DNA of 64,000 nucleotides from Bacteroidota bacterium (GTDB lineage Bacteria; Bacteroidota; Bacteroidia; Chitinophagales; UBA10324): NCBI GenBank assembly GCA_018267315.1, contig JAFDYS010000009.1, positions 110,786 to 174,785 of the forward strand, read 5' to 3'. Shown piece by piece: positions 9,501 to 18,570 of this stretch (position 1 is its first letter; each line of letters starts with the position of its first letter). The notes under the pieces were generated by a model. It saw only the letters and a program-made list of their open reading frames with translations, ran no database searches and was not told where the DNA came from. The position numbers and the translations under genes were made by a program.

Positions 9501-10025
9501 TTACACGATGGCCCTGGCCCTGCGCCGGTAAAACAGGTATTGCAAACTCAGGATGATGGCGATGGACACCACACTGCTCACGGCAATTTTCTGGATCACG
9601 AAAATGAACTGTGTAAAGCTGAATGATTCCGCAATGAACAGCCAGAGGTGGTGAATGAAGATCAGTACCGAGCAATAAGTGAAGAACCACATGAAACCAA
9701 GAGAAGAAACAGAAGGACGGTCCTCCGGCTGATAACCGGCTGCGGGTTTCAGGAGCCGCAGCATAAAGGGCCGAAGAAATGCCGTGAGCACGGTGGCGGA
9801 AGCATGTACGGCGCCGGAGTGGGCGAAGAAATCAATCACCCACCCGCTGAAGAAACCGAACACGAGCACCAGCCACACCGGTGTTTCGAGCGGCAGCATG
9901 AGAATAAACAGCATGTAGATGTAGGGATTGAATAAGCCATGCAGATGAATGTTATCGAGCAGCAGCACCTGCACGGCGGTGAGCATCACGAAACGGAACA
10001 GATTGACGGATATGCTACTGAACAT
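9501..10025 (-). CDS. mreD: Rod shape-determining protein MreD
   Basis: A small polytopic membrane protein directly downstream of mreC. I chose the internal start 'MFSSISVNLFRF', which overlaps the mreC stop by about 11 nt. Confidence 0.65.
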   Translation of the reverse strand: MFSSISVNLFRFVMLTAVQVLLLDNIHLHGLFNPYIYMLFILMLPLETPVWLVLVFGFFSGWVIDFFAHSGAVHASATVLTAFLRPFMLRLLKPAAGYQPEDRPSVSSLGFMWFFTYCSVLIFIHHLWLFIAESFSFTQFIFVIQKIAVSSVVSIAIILSLQYLFYRRRARAIV

Positions 10026-10848
10026 CTTCCGTTTGTTTGATGAGTGAATCCATCTCGGCATGCATGAAGTTGTTCACTACATACACATAGTCTACGCGGC
10101 GGAAGTTGGTGGCCAGCTTTACCCGTATGTCATAAAAATTCCCCGGCTCAACGAGTTTAAAATTTTCAATGGTGCCGATAGGAATGTTATCCGGAAAAAT
10201 GCGCGACACACCACTGGTGAAAATCGTGTCGCCCTTGTGCAATGATTCCTGCCGTGTTATTTCTTCGAGGTTGGAGTAATCGGGGTTCTTGCCATCCCAG
10301 CGCAGGGTGCCGCGGCTGCCATCGCGGCGCACACGGGCACTCACCGTTACGCGGGAATGAAGCAGCGAATACAGCGTGGCGAAATGCGGCGTCACGTTCT
10401 TTACTATACCCACTACCCCCTGCGGTCCCACCACGCCCATGCGCGGCTCAACGCCGGCATCACTGCCTTTGTTGATGAGGATGTAGTTGTTGGTTTCTCC
10501 GGTAGTGGTTTGAAGTACACGCGCTGCGATATATGAATAGAACTGTTTGCGGACCGTGTCTTTCATAACCCTCAACTGCGATGTATCGCTGTAATAAAGC
10601 GAAGGTCTGAGATTATGAAGTTGTGCATTTTCCTGCGCCAGCTCGCGGTTCGATTCACCCAGCGTGAGGTAGCCGGTCACTTCTTTGTAAATGCTCATGG
10701 TTCTGCCCACCACTTCATCACTTATGTTGAGGGCGAAAGCGCGCTGATATTGATTGTTGGAAATAATCAGGTAAAGACAAACGACTTGCAGCAACAGAAA
10801 TAAGAAGAAGGCATTATAGCGATAAAGAAAGAGGAAGAGGTTGCGCAT
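10015..10848 (-). CDS. mreC: Rod shape-determining protein MreC
   Basis: It has an N-terminal TM segment, a coiled segment and beta-rich domains ('GVVGPQGVVGIV', 'GDTIFTSG...FP..IPIG'). It sits between mreB and mreD. Confidence 0.8.
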   Translation of the reverse strand: MRNLFLFLYRYNAFFLFLLLQVVCLYLIISNNQYQRAFALNISDEVVGRTMSIYKEVTGYLTLGESNRELAQENAQLHNLRPSLYYSDTSQLRVMKDTVRKQFYSYIAARVLQTTTGETNNYILINKGSDAGVEPRMGVVGPQGVVGIVKNVTPHFATLYSLLHSRVTVSARVRRDGSRGTLRWDGKNPDYSNLEEITRQESLHKGDTIFTSGVSRIFPDNIPIGTIENFKLVEPGNFYDIRVKLATNFRRVDYVYVVNNFMHAEMDSLIKQTEDVQ

Positions 10849-10857
10849 CCAATAAGT

Positions 10858-10910
10858 TCAATGACCAATTATCAATGACCAATAACCAATGATCAATGAC
10901 CCCTGATCAA
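10858..10910. repeat. Degenerate short tandem repeat in the mreB-mreC spacer
   Basis: 'tcaatgaccaattatcaatgaccaataaccaatgatcaatgacccctgatcaa' is made of reiterated 'atcaatgacc'-like units. Confidence 0.5.
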
Positions 10911-11028
10911 AAATCAAATCATTTTCAAGACGAGAATTTTCAATCAGCATGCAATGTTTCTCCTTTGAAAATTGAAGCCGGGATATTATTTGAAAATTGG
11001 AATTTGATAATTGGAAATTCACTTCCGG

Positions 11029-12051
11029 TTACGTCATTAAGAACGGGAAGCGGTGAATGTTTTTGAGCGCTATGCCGGTTCCGCGCACCACGGCGCGAAG
11101 CGGATCATCGGCGACTGTCACCGGCAATTTAGTTTTAATGCCAAGACGTTTATCCAAGCCACGCAACAACGCACCACCGCCGGTGAGATGCAATCCCTGC
11201 CGGTGAATATCTGACGCCAGTTCGGGCGGCGTAGTCTCCAGCGCTTTCAGTACGGCTTCTTCCACCTTTGAAATAGACTTGTCAAGCGCATGAGCAATTT
11301 CCTGGTAATTGACGGTGATCTGCTTGGGAATGCCCGTCATCAGGTCGCGGCCGTGCACGGCGTAATCTTCCGGCGCGTCGTCAATATCACTCATGGCGGC
11401 GCCCACATTGATCTTGATCTGCTCGGCCGTTCTTTCCCCGATGAGCATGTTGTGCTGGCGGCGGATGTAATCCATGATATCAGCGGTGAACTCATCACCG
11501 GCTACGCGGATGGACTGATCGCACACGATACCGGCAAGCGCAATCACAGATATACCGGTGGTGCCGCCGCCGATGTCAATGATCATGTGCCCTACCGGCT
11601 CTTCCACATCAATTCCAATCCCGAGGGCTGCTGCCATCGGTTCGTGAATGAGATACACTTCCCGCGCACCCGCCTGCTCGGCGGAGTCGCGCACGGCGCG
11701 CTTCTCCACTTCCGTAATGGAAGAAGGAATGCAGATCACCATGCGCCACGTGGGAGTAAACAAAAATCCCTTGGGGTTGATCATCTTGATCATTTCCCTG
11801 ATCATGCTCTCGGCCGCCGCAAAGTCGGCGATCACGCCATCCTTGAGCGGACGGATGGTCTTGAGATTATCGTGGGTTTTTTCATGCATTTGCATGGCTT
11901 TCTTGCCCACAGCCACCACTTTACTGGTCAGGCGGTTAATGGCCACAATGGATGGTTCATCCACCACCACTTTATCATTATGAATGATTACGGTGTTTGC
12001 CGTACCAAGGTCAATGGCAATTTCCTGGGTTAAAAAATTGAATAGTCGCAT
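11029..12051 (-). CDS. mreB: Rod shape-determining actin homologue MreB
   Basis: The 340-aa translation has the MreB signature throughout ('IAIDLGTANT', 'DGVIADF', 'MIIDIGGGTT', 'GGGALLRGLD'). Confidence 0.92.
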   Translation of the reverse strand: MRLFNFLTQEIAIDLGTANTVIIHNDKVVVDEPSIVAINRLTSKVVAVGKKAMQMHEKTHDNLKTIRPLKDGVIADFAAAESMIREMIKMINPKGFLFTPTWRMVICIPSSITEVEKRAVRDSAEQAGAREVYLIHEPMAAALGIGIDVEEPVGHMIIDIGGGTTGISVIALAGIVCDQSIRVAGDEFTADIMDYIRRQHNMLIGERTAEQIKINVGAAMSDIDDAPEDYAVHGRDLMTGIPKQITVNYQEIAHALDKSISKVEEAVLKALETTPPELASDIHRQGLHLTGGGALLRGLDKRLGIKTKLPVTVADDPLRAVVRGTGIALKNIHRFPFLMT

Positions 12052-12204
12052 CGAATACGCTCTGAAAAGTCAGTTTAAAATCCGGCGCAAAGTTGATAAA
12101 AAGAATGACACGGATTTCAGGCAAATCCACTACGGCCTGCGCAAGCAACTTTGCAGAGCGGTTTCAATCTCTGAAATTTGGCAGCGGTTCTATAAAATCA
12201 CCCA

Positions 12205-12660
12205 GTGAAGCTGCTCATTATTCTTTTCTTCCTGGTTCTAACCATCACTCCGTTGACGGTGTACCGCGGGCCCGGCCTGCAGGAACGTGCCGAGCAAATG
12301 GTGAAGACATACATTGCGTCCAAAGGAAATTATATGGCCATCTACTTCAGCGATATTGACACTGCTTTTTCATTATTGGAAGAAGATTCGGACTACCGGA
12401 AACTGGGACAGCGGGCGCAGGCCTACCAGGATTCCACTTTTATGTTTACACCAGTTGACGTGAAAAAAGCGAATGACTACTTCGCGGCTTATAAAAAGAT
12501 CAATGAAACGCGCGACTCCATCCGGCTTCACTACCGGCCACAGCCTGTCGGCTACCTGCTCATTCATCATTTTCAATTTGACGGCGAACCGTGGACTGAC
12601 TCGTTCATTTTTGATTTCGGGCTGAAGAGTTTCATCCGCATTCGCCAAACCATTGAGTGA
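12205..12660 (+). CDS. Hypothetical exported protein
   Basis: 151-aa ORF with a GTG start and a hydrophobic N-terminus 'MKLLIILFFLVLTITP'. I recognise no family. Confidence 0.35.
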   Translation: MKLLIILFFLVLTITPLTVYRGPGLQERAEQMVKTYIASKGNYMAIYFSDIDTAFSLLEEDSDYRKLGQRAQAYQDSTFMFTPVDVKKANDYFAAYKKINETRDSIRLHYRPQPVGYLLIHHFQFDGEPWTDSFIFDFGLKSFIRIRQTIE

Positions 12661-12711
12661 ACAGCACGGCTGAATACAAATCACTCCTATCTTTCCGAAA
12701 GAACCTCTTCC

Positions 12712-13944
12712 ATGAATCAAATCCGGAAATGGCGGACTGCTGCTGAATGGGTTTCGGTTTTCGTTCTCGCCGGTTATGTGCTGTATGCCGGCATCCTGCG
12801 CGGGTGGCAGATGCAAAGTGATTTCCCGAATTACTACACTTCTTCGCGGTTGCTGGTTGAAGGAATTGAGGTGAGCAGAATTTATGACAACCACTGGTTC
12901 ACCGAACAACTGACGGTACATGGTTTTAATCAGCCCGGCAAGTTCACTCCCTTTCCGCCGCCTACTGCGCTGCTCATGATTCCGCTTACGCCGTTCGATC
13001 CGCTCACGGCCAAGAGAATCTGGCTGGTGATGAATGTGCTGCTGCTCATTCCAACGGTATTCTTCATCAGAAAAATCAGCGGTGAAAGCCGGCGCTTTTC
13101 CTGGTTGCTGATTCTTGTAACCGGACTGGGGCTTGCAAACAACTTTTATCTCGGACAAGTGTATCTGCTCGTGCTGCTTGCCTTGTTAGCAGGCCACTAC
13201 CTGATCACGACGAATAAGGAATACACCGGTGCCGCCATTTGGGGAATTGCCGCGGCCATTAAATTGATTCCTGTGATCTTTCTGTTGCCATTCATCTTTC
13301 AGAAAAAATGGAAACCGCTTGCAGGATTTACGGCTGGGTTTGCGGCCATCCATTTCATCACACTCTTGGTAACGGGAAAAGAAGTTTATGCCAACTACTT
13401 TTCCGTTCTCGCAAATCATCTCAACGGTTCCATTGACGGGCAATCACCCTATGCTTATCAGTTTCAATCCTGGAACGCTTTGCTGAGGAACCTGTTTGTT
13501 TATGATGAAGTGCAGAATCAGCATCCCCTGATTCATTTTGCTTTGCTGTTTCAAATTGGCCGGCTGTTCATCTATGCCGTTGTCATTCTCATCGCGGCGG
13601 AACGGATTTATGATTTCCGGAAACACAGTGACTTTACTGAACTGGTAATGGCCATCACCGGTATTGCCGTTTTTGAATTGTTACCCGCGTCAGCTACCTA
13701 TCATTTTATTATGCTGCTCTTCCCGTTCCTGTTCTTGTTCAGGAAAGCAAACAGGGATCAAAGAATCGTGCTCTTCATTTCATTTGCAGCGATCGGAACG
13801 CTACCCGTGATTTTGCAGAAACTGATTCCTGAAAATGCCCCGATACTATTTTTATTCTACCGCCTTTGGTTGATGACGATCTTTTGGGCCGCGGCGATGG
13901 TGGTGCTTAAACGCATCTCGAAAAAAAAAATCTCTATCCCGTGA
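12712..13944 (+). CDS. Polytopic membrane protein, GT87/DUF2029-like glycosyltransferase
   Basis: 410-aa protein with many TM helices. The early 'SDFPNYYTSSRLL' motif resembles the DUF2029/GT87 family loop motif. Confidence 0.5.
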   Translation: MNQIRKWRTAAEWVSVFVLAGYVLYAGILRGWQMQSDFPNYYTSSRLLVEGIEVSRIYDNHWFTEQLTVHGFNQPGKFTPFPPPTALLMIPLTPFDPLTAKRIWLVMNVLLLIPTVFFIRKISGESRRFSWLLILVTGLGLANNFYLGQVYLLVLLALLAGHYLITTNKEYTGAAIWGIAAAIKLIPVIFLLPFIFQKKWKPLAGFTAGFAAIHFITLLVTGKEVYANYFSVLANHLNGSIDGQSPYAYQFQSWNALLRNLFVYDEVQNQHPLIHFALLFQIGRLFIYAVVILIAAERIYDFRKHSDFTELVMAITGIAVFELLPASATYHFIMLLFPFLFLFRKANRDQRIVLFISFAAIGTLPVILQKLIPENAPILFLFYRLWLMTIFWAAAMVVLKRISKKKISIP

Positions 13945-13946
13945 TT

Positions 13947-15185
13947 TTATCGTCGGATTAATCCCAGTACCGTTTCTTCTCCGGATAGAAACTTCACTTC
14001 GTTGCGGGAAACGGTTTCATGCGCGCTTGCACCCGTGAGCGCCATTGCACAAGCAGCCACAACTTCATTAACCCCGATCATCTTCATGCATTGATTGTCG
14101 CCGTGGCACGGTGATTTAAGAAAGAGATGTACGCACGGGCTGCAGTAAAGATTTTTGTAAATCACATGAGAGCGGTCATTCATCTTGTATTGCAACGGGG
14201 AGCACGGACCGAATAGTGCTACCACCGCAGTGCCCGTCGCGAAGGCCAGATGCATCGGGCCGCTGTCATTCGTCACGATCAGCTTTGCGCAAGAAATGGT
14301 TTGAATCAATTCCACAAGTGAAAGCCTGCCGCAGGAATCAACTACACGTGGCAGGATCTCTTTATCTAATCCGCGCATCACTTCGTTTACATTTCCGGTT
14401 TCATTCACCGAGCCGGTAATCACAAAATGCATCTGCGGAAACTGCGTGGCCAACTGATTGATCAATGCTGAAAAATTCCTTGCTGCCCACCGCCGCTCAA
14501 TTCTCAAATCAGAAGCGTTTGGATTCACCACGATGTATTCTCCCTCCGGTAAAATGGCCGTTGACTTCTGATCTAAGCCATTCGGATCATGAATCAAAAA
14601 ATGATACAGTTCATGAATTGCTTCAGTTGAACCAACGGCTCTTGCCATTTGCAGGTACACCTCCGAAACCGGAATGCGGCTGTTGTACTGAATGAAATGA
14701 TGATAAATACCCGCCCGCCACGATGAGGAAGGGCGATGCAATCCCAGTTTAACGCGAGCCCGTGACCAGGATGCAAGCACGGTACTGAAGTAGGAATACA
14801 CTTCCAGATCAAACCAGAAATCAATGCGGCGTAAAAAGAATTTTACAATCAACCTGAGGCATGAAGTGAACAGGGAAACGAAACCGCTGTCATTCACGAT
14901 CCATGTTTCACTTACCATGGGCAACAGGCGGATAAGCTGTGCATTTGATTTGGAGGTGATGAAGATCAGTTTGGCATCCGGATAGTTTCTCTTCAGCGTT
15001 TGCAGCATCGGGGTTGACTGAATGATGCTTCCCATGCCGGTAAGTTTCACCACGGCAATACTTTTAACAGACTCGGGTGCGTGCGTGCTGATGATTTTTC
15101 TTTTGATCACGCTCATGGCCGACATGATGGCGGCAAGCGGCGCGAAGAGCGCTTTGTCTATCCTGATTTTACTTTGGAGGTTCAC
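13947..15185 (-). CDS. Glycosyltransferase family 9 (LPS heptosyltransferase-like)
   Basis: 'LIVTNDSGPMHLAFATGTAVVALFGP' is the characteristic GT9 C-terminal motif, and the overall size fits. Confidence 0.7.
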   Translation of the reverse strand: MNLQSKIRIDKALFAPLAAIMSAMSVIKRKIISTHAPESVKSIAVVKLTGMGSIIQSTPMLQTLKRNYPDAKLIFITSKSNAQLIRLLPMVSETWIVNDSGFVSLFTSCLRLIVKFFLRRIDFWFDLEVYSYFSTVLASWSRARVKLGLHRPSSSWRAGIYHHFIQYNSRIPVSEVYLQMARAVGSTEAIHELYHFLIHDPNGLDQKSTAILPEGEYIVVNPNASDLRIERRWAARNFSALINQLATQFPQMHFVITGSVNETGNVNEVMRGLDKEILPRVVDSCGRLSLVELIQTISCAKLIVTNDSGPMHLAFATGTAVVALFGPCSPLQYKMNDRSHVIYKNLYCSPCVHLFLKSPCHGDNQCMKMIGVNEVVAACAMALTGASAHETVSRNEVKFLSGEETVLGLIRR

Positions 15186-15203
15186 GGCGAAGAAATGTTC
15201 AGT

Positions 15204-15941
15204 TTACTGCTTGATCTTCTGCCAGAGTTGATTGGGATTCTTAAGTACCAGCTTATAACCGGCTTTGCGATTCATCTCTTTCATAAACCCCCGCATACCG
15301 GATGCAATGAATGATGCGGAATCATCGAAGAAGATGAATCCGCCAATTGCAAGATGGCGATCGATATTTTCAAAATCACGTCGAACAAATTCAAGTTGAT
15401 GATTGCCGTCAACATATGCGAAACTGATGGCGCCGCCCAGTGGGGTTTTTCTTCCGAACACATCAGTCGCTTCCGTATTTGAATTCCATTGCTGAAAAAA
15501 CTCATCAGAGAAAAGTTCGATGGTGAACGGAAGCCGCGCCGGATTGAAGAACCGGAGATTCCGGATAAACGATTCCTTCACAAACTGCTTCATATTCTCC
15601 GGTGAAATTCCCAGCGACTGCCGGTAGAAATTCATCTCCTTCTCTTCAAACTCCCACTTGTCGCAGGAGAAGAACCTGTTGTCACGCCGGTGCATGTGCA
15701 GGTAATGCGCAATCATGTTGGTGGACATGCCGAGGAAAGAACCGATCTCAATCACCGCGCCATGGCCGGGCATGTACCTGACGGCATAGTCAATGCAATA
15801 CAGGTTTTCAGGAACAAACAGCACCGATCCGCTGCAGGTGAGTTTCAGTGTTTCATAGAAATCATCCTTCAGTTTCCGGTACGGAAGCACTCTCTTCCTC
15901 ACGGAATGAATTGTTGCACGGGACAAAATTCGCGAAACCAC
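15204..15941 (-). CDS. Class I SAM-dependent methyltransferase-like protein
   Basis: 'AVIEIGSFLGMST' is a glycine-rich motif I-like segment, and later 'GGFIFFDD' fits a Methyltransf_24-type layout. Confidence 0.5.
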   Translation of the reverse strand: MVSRILSRATIHSVRKRVLPYRKLKDDFYETLKLTCSGSVLFVPENLYCIDYAVRYMPGHGAVIEIGSFLGMSTNMIAHYLHMHRRDNRFFSCDKWEFEEKEMNFYRQSLGISPENMKQFVKESFIRNLRFFNPARLPFTIELFSDEFFQQWNSNTEATDVFGRKTPLGGAISFAYVDGNHQLEFVRRDFENIDRHLAIGGFIFFDDSASFIASGMRGFMKEMNRKAGYKLVLKNPNQLWQKIKQ

Positions 15942-15944
15942 TTT

Positions 15945-16949
15945 TTATGTTATGCTGTCAAACTTACCCTGAAAATAGTTGCCGTTAAACCATGGCGTAT
16001 GAGCCAGGCGTAATCCGTCAGAAATTTTATACTCATGAACGATGCGTGCCACAAACTGCGTGTGAATGCCCTCCGTGAAGTGATGTTCCACCTGAAATTC
16101 GTTTACATCAAGGGCAAAAGCCGGTACGGGGATCTTCCATGTATGCGATTCCATGAACTTCACATCCTGTACATGATCCGGTAAAACACCGCCGGCATGA
16201 TGCCCGCCAAAACGATACACCGTTTCCTTCATCGCAAATGGAACCGATGACGCACAAAGCTTCTTTGACCCGAGAATGTGTTGTATGGCAGGGCTGGTTG
16301 ATCGGACCGAAATGATCATGAGCTCAGGAGCAATTTTTCCAAGTATGTCAACAGGAAAAACATCAAAGCCGTTTTGATGCGCAACGGAAACCAGGTAAAC
16401 CGGTCTCGGTTTCAGCGTGTAAACAAAAAGCTTCAACAACTCAGCAGGTGGCACTACGAAATGCCTGGCCTTGCGGTTCGTTTTATTCTTTAAGTCCAGG
16501 AGCACGGCATACCAAACCCGCTGCACCCATGAAAATTCCTCGATAGGAAAATCTGATTCGAAGAGATGCAGCAACAGGTTGCCGGCCGGTTCGCCACGAA
16601 CTTTTTTCAGCGGTAGTTGCCCAATAACGGTTTCATCACGAAGAATCAGCAATAGCGGATTGGGCGGCATGGATTCATTCATCACGGCAGCATTGACTGC
16701 TACCGTAAACGGATTAAGCGTGATGAGGGCATGCGCCTCAGTGATATCCGTATGCTTTCCGTTCAACTCCAGCATGATTCGCTCATGCTCATAGGTACTG
16801 CTGATGGCAACAGGATGCAGTTTGAACCGGTTGAGATATTGAGAGAAAGATTTTCTGATGCTCATGCCACTGCGAAGGTAAGCGGTGAACTTTCCGTGCT
16901 CATGCAGCGAAATGGCCCGGCATGTTGCGCAAACTACTTCCAACTTCAC
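15945..16949 (-). CDS. Hypothetical protein with a flavin-reductase-like (FMN-binding split-barrel) segment
   Basis: 'LKPRPVYLVSVAHQNGFDVFPVD' resembles the PRPV.LVS core of flavin reductase-like domains. The start is uncertain, and the alternative Met at 16865 would leave room for a promoter. Confidence 0.35.
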   Translation of the reverse strand: MKLEVVCATCRAISLHEHGKFTAYLRSGMSIRKSFSQYLNRFKLHPVAISSTYEHERIMLELNGKHTDITEAHALITLNPFTVAVNAAVMNESMPPNPLLLILRDETVIGQLPLKKVRGEPAGNLLLHLFESDFPIEEFSWVQRVWYAVLLDLKNKTNRKARHFVVPPAELLKLFVYTLKPRPVYLVSVAHQNGFDVFPVDILGKIAPELMIISVRSTSPAIQHILGSKKLCASSVPFAMKETVYRFGGHHAGGVLPDHVQDVKFMESHTWKIPVPAFALDVNEFQVEHHFTEGIHTQFVARIVHEYKISDGLRLAHTPWFNGNYFQGKFDSIT

Positions 16950-16966
16950 GTAGGTTTGGGACTCCG

Positions 16967-18469
16967 ATGAAGCGAGTGCTCCTTTTCAATCCGCGTGCTG
17001 CTGATCACAAGCCGCGAATTCCCAATTCCGTGCTTCAGGTGGCGGCGAGCATTGAAGGCAAATTCGACTGGGTGATCGTTGATGGAAATCTCGAACAGGA
17101 TCCGTGGAAAAAAATTGAAGACTACTTCAGCACGGGAAAATTCGATGTGTTTGCACTGACGGTGATGCCTGGTCCGCAGTTGAAGCAGGCCATTCCGTTT
17201 TCGAAACACGTGAAAGAAAAATTTCCGGACATCAAAATCATCTGGGGGGGCTACTTCGCCTCCAACCAAGGGAAGGTGGTGATGGAGTCGGGTTACGTGG
17301 ATTACATCGTATATGGGCCGGGCGATAAAACGTTTCCAGAACTGCTTTCAGCACTGGAGAAGAACTCACCTGTGGAGCATTTAAGTAATCTGATATTCAA
17401 AAAAGAAAATCAAATAATCAAATCACGAAAGGATGAGTTGTATGATCAGGATGCACTGCCGCGGCTTCCGTATCAAAAGCTGAACGGATTTTATCCCATC
17501 AAAAAATATATGGGTAAAACATTCCTTGGTCAGCACACCATCGCTTACCATTCGAGTGTGGGTTGCCCGTTCTCCTGCGCCTTCTGCGGCATTGTACCGA
17601 TCTATGAAGCCCGGTGGAAAGGAAAATCGGCTGAGACTATTTACCGTGACATCAAATTCCTGAAAGAAAATTTCGGCGGCGACTCCATCGAGTTTCATGA
17701 CAACAACTTTTTCGTTTCAGAAAAGAGAACCGTTGAATTTTCAAAACTCATACGGAATGAAAACATGATCTGGTGGGGCGAAGGAAGAATTGATACGATT
17801 GACAAATACAGTGATGACTCTTTGGCCATCATGCGTGAAGCCGGCTGCAAGATGATTTTCTTCGGCGCTGAAACGGGCAATGATGCCATCCTGCACCTGA
17901 TGGACAAAGGCGGCACTCAAACCGGCGAACAGATCCGGCGCTTTGCAGCCCGCATGAAAAAGTTTGACATCATCCCGGAGTATTCATTCGTGCTGGGCAC
18001 GCCGGCAGCAACGGAGGAGCAGGTCATGAAACAGATTGATGACGACATTACCTTCATCCGCGGAATCAAAGAAATTAATCCGAACACCGAGATCATCATC
18101 TACGTTTATTCCCCGGTGCCCACCGAAGGCAGCGGGCTGTTCAATTCGGTGAAGTCGCAGGGATTTTCTTTCCCGCAAAAACTGGAAGACTGGATTTCAC
18201 CGCAATGGGAAAATTTTGACCTGCGGAAAAATCCGCTCACGCCCTGGCTGAAGCCATATATGATTGACCGGATCAAAAATTTTGAAACCGTACTGAACGG
18301 ATATTACCCGACCGTGAGTGACATTAAACTTTCTTCCTTCAAAAAGAAAATGATCAGTGCCTTATCGGCTATGCGTTACAAATGGAAAGTGTATGATTTT
18401 CCCTATGAAATAAAAGCGGTGCAGAAGTTCTGGCTGCGCTACCGGCAACCGGAGTGGGAAGGATTCTGA
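16967..18469 (+). CDS. B12-binding-domain radical SAM protein
   Basis: The N-terminal region is Rossmann-like and cobalamin-binding-like. The CxxxCxxC cluster motif is 'GCPFSCAFCG'. I chose the internal start 'MKRVLLFNPRA' to avoid overlap with the divergent gene. Confidence 0.75.
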   Translation: MKRVLLFNPRAADHKPRIPNSVLQVAASIEGKFDWVIVDGNLEQDPWKKIEDYFSTGKFDVFALTVMPGPQLKQAIPFSKHVKEKFPDIKIIWGGYFASNQGKVVMESGYVDYIVYGPGDKTFPELLSALEKNSPVEHLSNLIFKKENQIIKSRKDELYDQDALPRLPYQKLNGFYPIKKYMGKTFLGQHTIAYHSSVGCPFSCAFCGIVPIYEARWKGKSAETIYRDIKFLKENFGGDSIEFHDNNFFVSEKRTVEFSKLIRNENMIWWGEGRIDTIDKYSDDSLAIMREAGCKMIFFGAETGNDAILHLMDKGGTQTGEQIRRFAARMKKFDIIPEYSFVLGTPAATEEQVMKQIDDDITFIRGIKEINPNTEIIIYVYSPVPTEGSGLFNSVKSQGFSFPQKLEDWISPQWENFDLRKNPLTPWLKPYMIDRIKNFETVLNGYYPTVSDIKLSSFKKKMISALSAMRYKWKVYDFPYEIKAVQKFWLRYRQPEWEGF

Positions 18470-18570
18470 TGCCTTCACCAAGTTGAAATTTTTTTGGAGT
18501 AAGGCGGCGCTGAGAGACTTCATGCATTCAATTCTGGCCATTGACTTAGCTTTATGATCTATTCTTTCCT

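Noticed and set aside
10858-10910. Possible CRISPR-like array (also considered at 37803-37915 and 42169-42240)
   Set aside because: The units are only 7-10 nt, degenerate and contiguous without spacers, and no cas genes are present. I report them as low-complexity spacers instead.
11290-12033. 247-aa ORF on the + strand
   Set aside because: It lies entirely antisense to the unmistakable mreB gene. Its His/Gly/Arg-rich translation is typical of a shadow frame, and it has no motif.
12373-13158. 261-aa ORF on the - strand
   Set aside because: It spans the antisense of two + strand genes and their intergenic gap, has an Arg/Gln/Pro-rich composition, and has no family resemblance.
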